Origin: Leucoraja ocellata
Taxonomy: Eukaryota
Direction: 5' to 3'
Assembly (NCBI GenBank): GCA_036785375.1
Contig: JAWMAR010000506.1
Location: 248,001-312,000, forward strand
Length of the DNA stretch: 64,000 nucleotides
This document shows, piece after piece, positions 1-13,879 of this stretch (position 1 is its first letter; the number at the start of each line of letters is the position of its first letter). A program made the translations under genes and the position numbers. The notes beneath the pieces were generated by a model. That model worked only from the letters and a program-made list of their open reading frames with translations, did no database searches and was not told the DNA's origin.

Positions 1-305
1 AAAAAGTCGGAGGATTACGAGTGGGGGTGATGGGGAGTGAGAGCAGTGTTACGGGGTATAGAAGAGACCCTGGTGAGAGCCTCATCTATAGTAGAAGAGG
101 AGAACCCCCGTTCCCCGAAGAATGAGGCCATCTCCTATGTCCTAGTTTGGAACACCTCATCCTGGGTGCAGATGCGACGTAGACGGAGGAATTGGGAGTA
201 GGGGATATCCTTACAGGAAGCAGGGTGGGAAGAAGTGTAGTCCAGATAGTAATGGGAGTCAGTGGGTTTATAGTGGATGTCGGTCAGTAGTCTATCACCT
301 GCGAT
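1..305 (-). mobile_element. Penelope-like element RT fragment
   Basis: YKPTDSHYYLDYTSSHPASCKDIPYSQFLRLRRIC, a typical PLE RT thumb region. Homologous to 17240-17450. Confidence 0.85.
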
Positions 306-848
306 GAATGCCAATTTGGTCAGCATGGACAATGTTGGCTGATGGGCCTGTTTCGATGTCATACACACCTATAAGACGTTATCACTCTATGACTAAAGAG
401 AATTACATTTTTCTTTTGAAACCTCAAAGTAAAGCAAATGAACCATTTATTTTCTAGAATCTGCATATCAAAGAAATAGCCTTAACGTTCAGAACACATA
501 TCCTTTATTTAATGATTCCTTATATTCTTTATATTCACCATGCTCATACGTTCATCCCATTCTATCTATTCAATATGGATGCCTCAAAGAATAATGCAGG
601 TTTTATTAATATTATTCTGGTGAAATTCAACTGTGGCAGGGCTTATAATGAAAGAGCAGTGAATTAGCTATCTGTTATGTGCTACCCATGATTTCATTTC
701 TACTTATCTCAGGTAGTATACAATAATTCTTCATCTTCTACTGCACCCCCAAGTTGAAATTACCCCCACACTTTGATCCAAAGTTGAAGCTAAGTTATAA
801 TTAGGACATAATTAGGACGTAGAAAATTGTAACAAGCAAATACTTTAC

Positions 849-1041
849 CATCATCATTCTGTGTTCTTCAATCGCTTTTATATCTGACAGTGATTTTTGT
901 TCTTTTTGCTTCATTTCCATATCTCTTTTAGCCTCCTTTTCTTCTGCAGCTTTCCTAATACGTTGTGATTCATCCCGTATTTCTTCTTTCATTTGATCAC
1001 CTATTAACTTCAACATCTGGTTTCTCAGGTCTTCCCTCTCC
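849..1041 (-). CDS. CFAP210: CFAP210 coding exon 8 (gene continues beyond window start)
   Basis: ttctag| acceptor and ATG|gtaaag donor, phase-consistent. Encodes EREDLRNQMLKLIGDQMKEEIRDE...IKAIEEHRMMM. Confidence 0.88.
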
Positions 1042-1932
1042 CTAGAATTGGCAATAAAACAAAAATGGACACAAACTTATTGCAACATTGCAAATCTCTT
1101 GCAGTTTCCCATGAAAATAATAAATAAAATAATTCGATATTACAAATAACCATTTTGAAAGAGAAAAAAATGTTTCTAATAGATAATTTTCTTTTGAAAA
1201 TTGTAAATATGGAGAAAAGCAACATTAGTGGTGTTAAAATAAATATAAATCTTAATCCTGAATCTTGAAGGGCCAATTAGATTATTTTCCTACATTGGTA
1301 TACATTACATTTCAAAACCAAATGCTGATGCATTTGGTGTTTCAACTATTCCCATCTGTTGAAATGATTAATGCTGGGGTATATAATTACTTTGAGAAAT
1401 AAGGAAATGTAGATACTGGTTTACAAAAAAAGACAAAGTGCTGGAGTGGCATCTCTGGAGAACTTGGATAGGTGCCGTTTTGGGCTGGGACCCTTCTGAC
1501 CTTTTTTATAATTCCATTTGGACAATTCTGATTAGCCAGAAACCTGCCTGGATTCCTTCTCTGTGCCATTGAAGGTATTTAACTTTCTTGACTCTACCTG
1601 TGACTTTCTTTTGAGTAAATATTCACATTTCATTAAAACATTTGTAGCTAGATTTGAATTTTAGATTGCACTTCGTAAGTTGTTCAATAAATTTCACTTT
1701 ATTCCCAAGAGTGCACATCACCGCATTCAACATTATGGGGTTCAATCCCATAAGCAGATTTGCTATTTTCTAACATGTAAAAAAAGTGGTGCAATTTCCT
1801 CAAACAAACCTACTCATTCTTGACTTTTTCCACAGCTCCCCATGCAATATGTTTATTTTAAAAGCAACAATCTGTATTTGATGTATTCCACATGTTTGGT
1901 CTGCATAAATGTGCTGGATTTATTTCACTTAC

Positions 1933-2072
1933 TTGTCCATTTCTGCTTGTCTTTCTTTCCTAAGCTTTATCATTTTTTGTTTTGCTAATACGTACAATCT
2001 GATATCTTCATCTTGGAATTCCTGTTTTTGCTTTTCTAGCGCTTTAATAATATTATTGTTCTCAACATGTGC
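1933..2072 (-). CDS. CFAP210: CFAP210 coding exon 7
   Basis: attttcag| acceptor and AA|gtaagt donor. Encodes AHVENNNIIKALEKQKQEFQDEDIRLYVLAKQKMIKLRKERQAEMD. Not in the ORF track. Confidence 0.88.
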
Positions 2073-2657
2073 CTGAAAATTAAATAAAATATGAAAATGC
2101 GTTTATGTGATGCTTTTAACACAGTGAAACATCCCAAGCTGCTTCCCAGAAGCATTGTCATATGAAAATCTGATAATTAACTACGTGAGAAGACATTAGG
2201 GCAAATGACTAAAACTAGATGTCTAAAAGAGGTGAGTTTTAACCAATGCCTTGAGAAAGGAGATAGAGAACAAAGAGGTCTAGAAAGGGAGAGAGTTGAC
2301 ACCTTGGCAATGAAAGGCAATGGTCTCTAATGTTAGTGCACAAATTCAAGAATGTTTTGACTGTTTTACAAACCATGTTCTCGGGGTATCTAAATCTAAA
2401 TTTTATTAGTTGTTTAAGTTATGATATCGGATGGAAGCTGCATATCAAATCTCGTTGCACATATGTGCAATGACAATAAAATATATTATTATTATTATTA
2501 TGAATAAAAGGCCAGAAATCTGGTAGTGCAGAGGTCTTGGAGGGTTGTTAGGAGTGTGCAGATCATGAAATTAGGAAGAGAAGGATAATTTTTAAATTGA
2601 GAGGTTGCTTAACCAGTATTGTTGTAAAACAGTGAGATCTTGGGGTACAGCTACATA

Positions 2658-4020
2658 CAGTGCCCTCCATAATGTTTGGGACAAAGACCCATCATTTATT
2701 TATTTGAAGGTAGACAAAAGTGCTGGTGAAACTCAGCGGGTGCGGCAGCATCTATGTGGTTAAAGTGCACATTATCACATTTTAATAAAGGCCATTTTTA
2801 TACAATGCAATGTCATGTAAATGAAAGTAGTCATGTTTAGTATTTTGTTGCATATCCTTTGCATACAATGGCTGCTTGAAGTCTGCAATTCATGGACATC
2901 ACCAGTTGCTGGGTGTCTTCTCTGATGATGCTCTGCCAGGCCTGTATTGCAGCCATCTTTAGCTTTTGGGGGCTAGTCCCCTTCAGTTTTCTCTTCAGCA
3001 TATAAAAGGCATGCTGAATTGGGTTCATATCGGGTGATTGACGGCCACTCAAGAATTGACCATTTTTTAGCCTTGAAAAACTCCTTTGTTGCTTTAGCAG
3101 TATGTTTGGGATCATTGTCTTGCTGTAGAATGAACCGCCAGCCAGAGTTTTGATATATTTGTTTGAACTTGAGCAGATAGAATGTGTCTATACACTTCAG
3201 AATTCATTATGCTACTACCATCAGCAGTTGTATCATCAATGCAGATAAGCGAGCCAGTACCTTAAGCAGCCACACATGCCCAGGCCGTAACACCCCCACC
3301 ACCGTGTTTCACAGATGAGATGGTATGAATTGGATCTTGGGCAGTTCCTTCTCTTCTCCATACTTTGATCTTGCCATCACCCTGATGTAAGTTAATCTTC
3401 GTCTTATCTGACCACAAGACCTTTTTCCAGAAATGTGGATGCTCTTTTAAATATTCTTGGCAAACTGTAACCTGGCCATCCTATTTTTGAAGCTAACCGG
3501 TGGTTTGCATCTTGCGGTGTAACCTCTGTATTTCTGTTCATGAGGTCTTCTGCGGACAGCAGTCATTGACAAATCCACACCCGACACCTGAAGAGTGTTT
3601 CTGATCTGTCGGACAGGTGTTTGGGGATTTTTCTTTACTATAGAGAGAATTCTTCTGTCATCAGCTGTGGAGGTCTTCCTTGGCCTGCCAGTCCCTTTGC
3701 GATTAGTAAGCTCACCAGTGCTTTCTTTCTTCTTAATGTTGTTCCAAACAATTGATTTAGGCAAGCCTAATGTTTGGCTGATGACTCTAACAGTTTTATT
3801 CTTGTTTCTCAGTCTCACAATGGCTTCCTTGACTTTTATTGGCACAACTTTGGTCCTCATGTTGATAAACATCAATAAACATTTCCAAAGGTGATGGAAA
3901 GACTGGAGGAAAGACTAAGGGCTGAGAGCTCTCTTCTCCCTGCATTAAGGAGGCAATTAAACACACCTGAGCAATTACAAACACCTGTGAAGCCATGTAT
4001 CCCTAACATTATGGTGCCCT
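2658..4020 (-). mobile_element. Decayed Tc1-family DNA transposon (frameshifted transposase)
   Basis: TA|CAGTG terminus at 2656-2662. HTH ORF 3447-3875 (GRPRKTS). DDE-domain remnants [15 protein letters not shown] and SPDMNPIQH. Inverted copy of ccataatgtttgggaca at ~3995-4013; other end truncated. Confidence 0.92.
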
Positions 4021-4054
4021 GAAATGGGGGGGGGGGGGGGGGCGCTATGTATTA

Positions 4055-5030
4055 GAATGGCTTTTGACAAGGAACTGCATGGTAGGCTGATCTGGAAGTT
4101 GAGATCACATATGATCCAGAGTGAGCAACACTATTTGATACAAAGTTGGCTTAAAGGAGGAAAGAGAGGTGATATTAGTGGGTTGGACTGGAGGCCTGTA
4201 GAAAATGGTGCTACCACGGGGATAGGTGCAGGGTCCACTGTTATTCATTATATTAACAATGTAAATGTAAGTATAAGTGGCATGGTTAGCAAGTATATAT
4301 GGTGACCTATGAAAAAGGTTAACTATGATTACAATGGTATCTTGATGAACTGGGCCATTGGACATAAGGATGGCAGATGGAGTTTAATTCAGACAAATGA
4401 AAGGTGTTGCATATTGATAGGATGCACCAGGGTGACATGCATTAAATGGTACAGCCATGGGAATTGTTGCGGACCAGAGAGACCCAGGGATGCAATGTAC
4501 ATATTTCCATGAAGGTAGTTATTTCGATAGTGAGGGTGCTGAAGAAGGCATTTGACACTTTTATCTTCATTGGTGAGCGTATTGAGCACAACAGGAATTG
4601 GAAGTCATGTCACAGCTGTACAATATGTCGGTAAGGCCAAATTTGGAGTGCGGATAAGAGTCTGGTTTCCCTGCTGTGGGGACATTGACATTAAACTGCA
4701 AATGGTGCAAAAAATATTTATTGCACCATTAAATGTTCAATTATTGCATTATGTGTCTGGTAATAGGTTACCAGGTCTGGGTTACCATTGGCTGGGTTGT
4801 TTGTCCTACCAAAATGCAACACTTTACATTTATCTGATTTGAACTCCATCTGCCATTGCTATGTTCATTGGCGTAGTTGATCAAGATCCTATAAGATCTT
4901 TAAGGTGAGAGGGGAAATAATTTAAAAAGGCCTGGGGAGCAACATTTTCACACAGAGGGTGATGCGAATATGGAACGGGCTGCCAGAAGATGTAGAGGCA
5001 GGTACGATTAAACATTAAAAATATACTTTA
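4055..5030 (+). mobile_element. Old CR1 LINE fragments
   Basis: AFDKELHGRLIWKL, WQMEFN-like and other CR1 RT remnants, heavily degenerate. Confidence 0.7.
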
Positions 5031-5067
5031 AAAGATACAATTAGGATCTAAAATCAACCAAGAACTG

Positions 5068-5340
5068 GATGGTACAGTAGTGCAGCTGGTAGAGCTGCTG
5101 CCTCATAGTGCGAGAGACCCATGTTCCATCATGACCTTGGGTCCTGTCTGTGTGCGTTTACCACATTCTCCCCATGACCATGCGTGTTTCCTCCAGGTGT
5201 TCCAGTTTCTTCCCAAAGTCGTGCTGGTTTGTAGGTTAATTGGGAATCTGTAAATTGCCCCAAATGTGTAGGGAGTTGATGCGTAAATGGAATAACATAG
5301 AATTAGTGTGAACAGGTGATTTCTAAACTAAACTAAACTT
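5068..5340 (+). mobile_element. HE1-type tRNA-derived V-SINE
   Basis: tRNA-like head, central ggtttgtaggttaattgg domain, (ctaaa)n tail. Matches copies at 43436 and 50064. Confidence 0.75.
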
Positions 5341-6350
5341 GGACAGGTACATGGATAGGAAACTAATTTCTACTCATTAACTTACTCGGTTAAGCAACTT
5401 GGTCAACATGGGCAATTTGGACCATAGGACTTGTTCCTGCGTTGAATAGCTCTGTGACTAATTTGCTTGGTTCACAATGACTGCATCATAGCTTTATGTG
5501 CTGCAAATCTTCTTTAATCTTTATCCTCTGTTCCTCAGAATGCCACATTTTTTGCCTGGACAGTAAATTCCCCTTCCCACTTTTCTGACACTACTTGGTC
5601 ATGCTGCATTGCCCAAGTCCCCAAGGTTGTATTTGTGACTTAAGTTACTGCACTTTTTTCATGTATTGTTTCTTCAAAAGGTTTCTTGGCGACCTTCCTC
5701 CTCATAAAGGTTTAATAGGTTCCTGTGAACACTTTTCCCTTTCGTCTTCTCATGCAACCAATGTCCATAAATTGAAAAGTTTATGCCGAACCTGACATGC
5801 TTTTGTAACTGTTTGGTTATGTGCATATACCAGGCAACCACATTAGAATCTAGGAATTATCTAAAATGAGTGCATTCAAATGTTTCCAGTTGGTGGGATG
5901 GTGATTCACAATACTGCTTAATTTAAAAAAATCTCCTTTCTTAGTTTGCATGCAGTCAGAGTGATGAGGGAAGGGAAATATTATTAATACCATTTAACAG
6001 ATAGTCACTCCTATCCATTCTATCAGGCCGTATTTCCTTGGGGGTTTTGCTACCGGGAGGCCCCACACATTTTATTACTCATCCTCTAAATTTGTAAGGC
6101 ACCATCACAGAAACAAAGAATCCAGTGTATTCCTTCAAAACATAAAATGTAATCTCTTCCAATATTAGCAAATAGAATGTGGTCTTCTTTTAGCTGCTAT
6201 AGGTGATTAGGCTCAGCATACAGACATATCACAAACCTGCTGCTCACTTCTTTGGCAATGAAACTCACTCTGGTAAGACGCGATTGGAGCAATACAGTTT
6301 TTCCACAGCTTCATTTTCATTTGGATGTGGTAAGAAACCCTTTTATTTGA

Positions 6351-6443
6351 AGGTACACAAAAAAGCTTGAGAAACTCAGCGGGTGCAGCAGCATCTATGG
6401 AGCGAAAGACAAAGGCAACGTTTCGGGCCGAAACCCTTCTTCG
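6351..6443 (-). mobile_element. Short PLE-derived element with hammerhead-like core, 15-bp TSD
   Basis: TSD aacccttttatttga at 6336-6350 and 6444-6458. Reverse complement reads gaagaagggtttcggcccgaaacgttg. Confidence 0.8.
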
Positions 6444-6706
6444 AACCCTTTTATTTGACTTTGTGTACTAAAGTTGGACTATGAATTTCAAGCAAATTTA
6501 AAAAAAAAAAACATGATAACAGCTGTTTGCATTGTTAATCCATAAATGAATCAATTTTCCCCAAATAAACCTTTGGGGATTACACAAGAAAGCAGAAAAT
6601 ATCCTAAATTAATATAATGTCTACTATGATAATAAGTCTTCCAAAGTTCTGGAACCGTATGTAATTGAACTCCTAGGGATAAAAAAAAAAAGTAATTCAA
6701 GCTTAC

Positions 6707-6863
6707 CATATGAGTGATCTTATTATTATATTTTTCTTGCTTCTTTAGTTCTTCAATTTTACTAAGTTCCCATGCATATAACTGTGCCAATTTCCTGATT
6801 TCTTTTCCTTCCATTATATCTTGTTGCTTCTCTTGTTTCCTTAGCACTTCATGTTCTTTTATC
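6707..6863 (-). CDS. CFAP210: CFAP210 coding exon 6
   Basis: ggcag| acceptor and ATG|gtaagc donor, phase-consistent. Encodes (Q)IKEHEVLRKQEKQQD...KITHM. Confidence 0.88.
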
Positions 6864-7059
6864 CTGCCATCAGACAAACTTGTTTAAACATCATTGTTAT
6901 TACATAAGGTTAATGGACAAATGAGCAAGTTGCTTGGATATCCCTTCATAAAAGGGCAGCTTACAAAAGATGCTGACAGTTGGTGTCACATATGTTTTGA
7001 GATTCAAGAAACTGCAGATGCAAACTGCAAGGACATTTATATATTTTACTGAAAATATC

Positions 7060-7507
7060 TACTGTGCAGTGTCTACCATTCAGTGGTGGCCAGTGCTCTG
7101 TTTTTTGCTGTGGCCTGTTGGGGAGAAGGCGCCCGAATAGCGGACAAAAACAGACTGGATTAGCTGATCAGGAAGGCCGGCTCAGTGGTTGGGGCAGAGC
7201 AACTAACGGTCAAGCAGGTGGCAGAGGCCAGAACTCTGAAAAAACTAGGCTCAATAATGACCAACCCCACTCACCCACTCCACGCCCTGAAGGTGATCAA
7301 GTGCAGCATCTTCAGTCAGAGACTGATTGCACCAATGTGCAAAACGGAGAGACATAGGAAGTCTTGTATACCAGCTGCTATAAGGTTTTATAATGCACAA
7401 AAATTTTAACTTATTATGTATTGAAGATATCTGTTGAAATGTGTGGTGTTATGTCTGTCTTGAAGCTGTTGTGGCACTGTAATTTCCTGTAAAGGATTAT
7501 TAAAGGT

Positions 7508-7538
<31 letters not shown>
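7060..7538 (+). mobile_element. Rex1/Babar-type LINE 3' fragment with poly(A) tail
   Basis: NPTHPLHAL...CKTERHRKSCIPAAIRFYN C-terminal motif, followed by a long A-tract at ~7512-7538. Confidence 0.7.
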
Positions 7539-7540
<2 letters not shown>

Positions 7541-8774
7541 TTCAGGTTGGTCTGTTGTGCCAAAATAAGTGGGTAAGTGATATTAAATGCTAGCTATTTT
7601 GGGGGCTCAGATGAGGTTAGGTATTTTAATTGTAACATTGCACTATCAGGAGAATATCTAAAACTCCCATTTTATGCAATGGATCAGGAGGTTTTTGAGG
7701 CAGGAGTGCTGCTGCCAAAACCACTCATAAGAATACCCACTTGTGTCCTTTACCAGAGAGTGTTACAGAGGCACAACAGTTAGAACTACTGTTTCACGCT
7801 CCAGGGAACAAGATTCATTCCCGACCTCACAAACCATCTTTGTAGAGCCTGCATTGCTTTTCTCTGGATGGTCTGGATGGTTTCCTCACACATCCCGAAA
7901 ATGTGTTGGTAGATTAATTGGCTATTGCATATTATCCCTTAGTGTGGTAAGAGGAGCTGATGAATATATAGGAAAGAAAAGGTTGCAGGGATACCAAAAA
8001 GAGGGAGGACAAATCTGATGGGAATTGCTCTGCTGGGACCAGCATGAACGAATAGACTGACTAGCCTCCTCTGTCATAAAGAGTAATTAACTAACAGAGG
8101 CACACGTAAAATCCTTTCCAGGAAACAATGTTATCGTTCAATTATTTTGTCCTTGAAGCTTCTAAGACACGATAAAGATTTGAATCTCCAGATGGTTCCT
8201 ACTTCACGGTTCACACTTCATCTAACAGTTATTCCCATTGCAATTTCTGTTTCAGGGCCGGAAAACTAGAAATTCCTGATAATTTTTGCCCAACATGTCT
8301 TAAGTTGATGGCTACGACTAGAGATGTCCCAAGCTCCAACCTGCAAGATCATGGTCAGGAGATTTGGATCCTACACAATAGATTGTATTTATGTATGTAT
8401 TATCTGATCTGTTTGGATAGCATGCAAAACAATGCCTTTCACTGGAGTTCTTGAACATATGATAATAATACACATAAACCTAAACAAATCCTTCAAGCTT
8501 TCCCGATGAGGATACAAAAGGGCTACATTGGAAGAATCAGATGTTTTCCAACCCAAGTTTACTACATCGTATTTTTAATGCACTCTTCATTGACTTATGA
8601 AGCTCTTATGTTTATTTTTGGTGACCATTTGCTACTCGCATGAAAATAAACAGTTAAAATAAATATATTTGGATTGAATATTTCATGATCTTAGGATGTC
8701 CTAAAGCACTCTGCATCCTAGGAGTCATTCTGAATTGTAGGACAAACTGTTTCACAATGGGCATTGATAGATAA

Positions 8775-9697
8775 TACAATACAATACAATACAATACAAC
8801 GGTTTATTTGTCACATTGCACAAAAAGTGCAAGTGAAATGATACGTCAGCAGCGATACAATGATAAAGGGCACACACAAAAACACAGTAAATTTTTAACA
8901 TAAACATCCACCACAGCATTCATCACTGTGGTGGAAGGCACACAATTTGGCCAGTCCTCCTCCATTTCCCCCCGTGGTCGGGACCTCAACCCTCCGCAGC
9001 CGTTGCTGCGGACGTCCAGATGGTAAAAGGACAAGGTACAAGTCCAGGTAAGTCCAGAGTCGGCTCCTCCCCACCGGAGACCGCGGCTTTTAGTTGGTGT
9101 AGGCCGCAGGCCGGCGGCCGAAGATTTAAAGTTCCCTCCACGTCGCAGCCGTAAGCACCGCAGTCTGCAGGGCCGGCGGTCGAAGCTCCCCTCCAGGGGT
9201 GATGTAAGTCCATACCGGACCCGCGGTAGAAGTTGGCCGCGGGCCGGCGGTGGAAGCTTCTTCTTCCCCCCGGGTCCCCCACGAGGGATCCCGGGCTGTA
9301 GACGCCGCGCCAGCTGGAGCTGTGCAGACCGCGGCTTCAGGCTGCCATCTGCTGCGGGCCAACGGAACGGAGCGCTCCCCTCCAGCGAGTCCCAGCTCCG
9401 TGCTGACAGTCCACGCTGCACCCGCCGCCGGAGCCCCGAGCCCCGGGCGCGTCTCCGGGAAAGGCCGCGCCGATCCTCGCTGTTAGGCCACGGGGGAGGC
9501 GACCTGGAAAAAGTCGCCTCTCCATGGAGGAGGCGGCCGAAACGGTTTCCCCCTTACCCCCCCCACACCACCCCCCACGCAAAACACACTAAGAAACACT
9601 AAAAACAGACTTTAAGACATACTAAAAAAATTAAAAAAAGTTGAAAAGACTAACATGCTGCTGACAGGGCTGCTGCCAGTGCAGCGCCCCCACCGGT
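8775..9697 (-). mobile_element. GC-rich non-autonomous retroelement with a LINE-type 3' tail
   Basis: Minus-strand 3' end ...tgacaaataaa followed by (ttgta)n. CpG-rich body. Shares motifs with 18880-19690. Confidence 0.6.
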
Positions 9698-9824
9698 CGC
9701 TAATTATGAAACGTCAGTTTTTAGTGACAATGATTTAAATATAAATTGGGTTAGGGGTTTTCTAAGATTTACAAACCAAAGAAATACATTTTTTAAATGT
9801 AACTGAAGTCAATCCTTTACTCAC

Positions 9825-10030
9825 TGTTGTTCATGGTAATCAGAAAGAGCCTTCCTCTGTTCCTTTTGTTTTAGTATTTTTTGCCACTCAACATCCTCAC
9901 TTGTGTACATTCGGCGTTGTTTGTCCTCCAGAAATTGTTTTTCTTGAGTTTTAAGAAAATTTTCCTTGTTCTGCTTCAATTTAATCTGGGCTTCTCGTTC
10001 TTTTAGTGCTTCAGTAAACATCAGTGCAGC
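9825..10030 (-). CDS. CFAP210: CFAP210 coding exon 5
   Basis: ttgaag| acceptor and CA|gtgagt donor (phase 2). AALMFTEALKEREAQIKLK... is coiled-coil, trichohyalin-plectin-homology type. Confidence 0.88.
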
Positions 10031-10479
10031 CTTCAAATATATATATATATATATATGTGTGTATTAATTATATGGAACATTGAATGCTTATAATGTAGAT
10101 TATCAAATAAAACTGTCTGCTCAGTTGGAGTTATATGATGAAAGCACAAAATTAAGGAATTTACTCATATCAACATGACTGAATTTTAGCTTTCACATTG
10201 TTTCTAATTCCACATTACCAGTAGTTTCCAGGCTATCAATGTGGATATTATATATTTTTATAACAATAATCTTTAAACATCAAATCCAATTTGTATAAAT
10301 GTGCACACACCTGAAATAAAGTAAAAAGTATTGTTGTCATATATAGTTTGAATTGCAAGCAAAACTGGGATAAAATTCAATATTTGGTTAATAATAAATG
10401 TGTTTTAAAAAACTTGACAAAAATTTACTATATTTTTTATATTAACTATAATTTACAAAATTTACTATACTTCTTCACA

Positions 10480-11540
10480 CCCAGATTCCTGTAAGGACTC
10501 CATTCCATTCTCCCAATCTCCATCTCCACTGTTCTTATGAGGAGACTTTCCACATCGGTGCTTCTGAGGTACCTTGCTTTTTTATTAAACCTAGCCTGTT
10601 AAAGCCTGTTTAGCACAATTAACTGGGTTCTTGAATTCTATTTCCTGTACTTCTGTTCTCACTCCCTCTCCTACCAGGCAGAAGAAGAATAAGGTTCCCC
10701 TTATCCTCACCGTCCACCCGACCAGCCTGCACGTTCAATAGATCATCCCTTGCCACGTTCAAACAAAATGCCATTATCAGACACATTTGTTCGACGACTC
10801 CCTTTTCAGTATTCCAAAAGAACCATGCCATTATGATTCCACCTTCATCTGCCACTTTTGCCTAATACTCCCCTTCTTATGGAACTTTTCATGCAACTGC
10901 AGGAGATGACACAGCTGCCCTTTAACAAACTCTTAACATCCAGGGAGCCAAACACTTCTTCCAGAAGAAGCAGCAATTCATTTATACTACTTCCAATTCA
11001 GTTTATTGAATATGAGTGCTAAAAATATTTTCTCCTCTGCAATGGAAGAACCAAATCCAGATTAGGCGCCTACTTTGCAGAACACCCCTGTGCGGTTCGC
11101 AGGAGTGACCCTGATCTTCCAGTTTAGTTTAGAGATACAGCGTGGCAACATTAACGCTATCCCACATACACTAGGGACATTTTACATTTACACCAAGCCA
11201 ATTAACCTACAAACCTGTATGTGGTTGGAGTGTGGGAGGAAACCGAAGATCTCAGAGAAAACCCACGCAGGTCACGGGGAGAACATTCAAACTCCATACA
11301 GACAGCACCCAGGATCGAACCGTGGTCTTCGGTGCTGCAAGCGCTGCAAGGCTGCATCACCGTGCCGCCCCGTTGTGTATCACTTTAATTCTCCATCCAA
11401 CATATATTCTGCCCGTTCTATTTTTGGACTTCTTCACTGTTCCAATGAAGCCTAATATAAACTCGAGGAATAGACCTCACGTCGTTTTGCAGCAGAATGC
11501 AGCCTCTGGACAGTGCTGAATTGAACAATTTCAGATCTGG
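10480..11540 (+). mobile_element. Degenerate Penelope-like element 3' part, interrupted by an HE1 SINE (11125-11370, minus)
   Basis: Collinear with 17290-18070, including tgcaactgcaggagatg and GIY-YIG-like remnants. Confidence 0.7.
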
Positions 11541-12568
11541 TATTTTCTATTTTGTGCTGTTTGTACAGAGTTTGCATTCTCCATTGACGGCGGGGGTTTC
11601 AATAGACAATAGGTGCAGGAGTAGGCCATCCGGCCCTTCGAGCCAGCACCGCTGTGGTTTCCTCCCACCTCCCATAGACATGCAGGTTTATAGGATAATT
11701 GGTCATTGTAAAATTGCTCCTAATGTATAAGGAGTGGAGGAGAAAGTGGGATAGCATTGAACTAGTGTGGATAGTTCATCAATGGTTGGGCCAAAGGGCC
11801 TGTTTCCATATGTATCCTTAAACTAAAACCAGACTATGTAATTCTGCAAAGTTGAATGGATCAAAGTTGAAATTTATGAACACATTTGGTGGAAATCTGA
11901 AGCTACAGCACAGAATCCCAGACAACAGCTGTGCTATATTGCCAAACAGAGATAGTCTTACCACTGATTACTCCCAGTAATCTTCCCACCCAAATGCTCT
12001 GGTTTTAAGTTAAAATTGTATTTAGAATGAAATTATGTCATTGGATCTTGTTTACATTTTTAAAACAATGTTCTCCTACAGTCAGAAACAAATTAAAATC
12101 CAATCACAAGGGAGGGTAGATGGATCCCAGGAGTGGGGAATATCCCCAATATATCATCCAAGGATTTCATATCAAAAAAGAGATACAATTCTGAAGTACC
12201 ACATTCAAGACATGAAAGATGAGTAAGAGCTTGATCCATATTTGCATTCATCCTCTACAGCTTGGGTTTTATCTGTATGTCACAGGAAGGATATCCACCA
12301 TCAAAATTGAGGAATATTTTACACAGTTTGTAATCTTATGATTTCATGATAATGAAACATTGGTTGGGTAATGTTCAAAGCAAGGCAAGTACAGAAGGTA
12401 CAGTTACTATGACAATAAATTAATATTGTTATGAAAGACTACAAGATTAATAATTCTGATGCAGTAACAAGATTGCTAAAAATAATAAATTTCTTAAGTC
12501 ACTTAAAACTAATGACTTTTTTAATGCAAAAGAATATTTTCAAATTTAAAAGAAACATTATACTGTAC

Positions 12569-12742
12569 ATTAAATCCTTTCACTCTATCGGTCTGGAAGA
12601 AAAGTAGAGTTTTAGCCTGTTCCAGATGTTCTTTTCTTTTCTGTGCCATATATTTTGCCTCCTCCAAATCTATTTGTCGCCTCTCCTTTTCTTCCTTTTC
12701 TTTACGTAGTTTTCGTGCATTAAGTCTTTTTTGTCTGTGACC
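12569..12742 (-). CDS. CFAP210: CFAP210 coding exon 4
   Basis: tattcaag| acceptor and AAT|gtacag donor, 174 nt. GHRQKRLNARK...ERRQIDLEEAKY...FFQTDRVKGFN matches the family motif QTERVKNFH. Confidence 0.9.
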
Positions 12743-13879
12743 CTTGAATAGATTGTACATCTTTTTATACTTAAGCTTTTGAATGGTGATTATAACATTT
12801 TGCACATGAGATATTAACTTTTAAATTACAATGCATTTGATCTACAGTATTTATAGTGCGATCCTCAATAGATGAATTTTGTTAAAATTCTAGTTCCAAA
12901 GTGGCATCTGATAATTTTACACAAAATGCAAGAGATCTTTAATATAGCTCTGAGGGCTTAAAATTGTGCAGAGTTATTTACAATTAGTGACTACTGAACA
13001 TGACAAAACCTATTTCAAAATGTTGGTTTAAATTCTTTATTCTAGCTTTTATGTTTATTTTACTTTTGCCCTGGGCTAAATAGCACAATTTTACCACAAG
13101 GTTAGTGGTTATTTTAAGAAATATAATTCCAAATCTTTAGATGCCTCTGCCATATGTATATATAAAAATAAATCTCGAATTGGCATTCAACCATCCACTT
13201 ATCAAGAAACCATAATAGTAATAACTATCTCAATGAGGTTAAGAATGAATCAGCCAAGATATCACTGATGCTCAATGAACAGACCAGCCTATTTCTGTTC
13301 CTAATCTTACGGTTGGATTTTCAAAGAAAGTTCGACTAATAAAATGCAACCAAGTCTACCCAGTAACCTAAACCCTATTGTAATATTTTGTGTGGAAATA
13401 TTGGTGTTATCAGGACACCCACATGCATCAAATTATAAACTTGCTCAAAAATGGGGGCAATCAAAATCCTTTTCTCTAATGACATTCAACAGGGTCAATT
13501 TAAATCCCCGGACAAACTGAAATTATCTGTTCAATTAGAAAAATGCACGGAAATTGGGTAAAATCTCTGTCATCACTTTTATGTAAATTTGTGGACAATT
13601 AATGGGTCACTCAAAATTGTTACTGGAAGTGTGATATACATTTTTTATCACAACACCCCAACCTTTCCTGATTTACTACATTAATTTTACACCTGTTTAT
13701 CAGATGCAATCAACTAAAATCAACTATATCTCGGATAATAATAGAAAAATAGTGACTCCTTAATGCATGCAAAGGAATGCTACAAATATTAACTGGTAAA
13801 TAGTGGTAAGCAATAAAATGATATAATGTTGTACAACATAATTACAACAGGTACTGTAAAATACTTAAAGAGTGCTTAC

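Noticed and set aside
2837-3875. Active or domesticated Tc1 transposase
   Set aside because: It has frameshifts, the catalytic E is replaced by Q (NPIQ), and one terminus is missing.
8846-9582. Several overlapping 78-191 aa ORFs
   Set aside because: They occur on both strands of a GC-rich repeat, which is stop-poor by composition, and show no recognisable domain.
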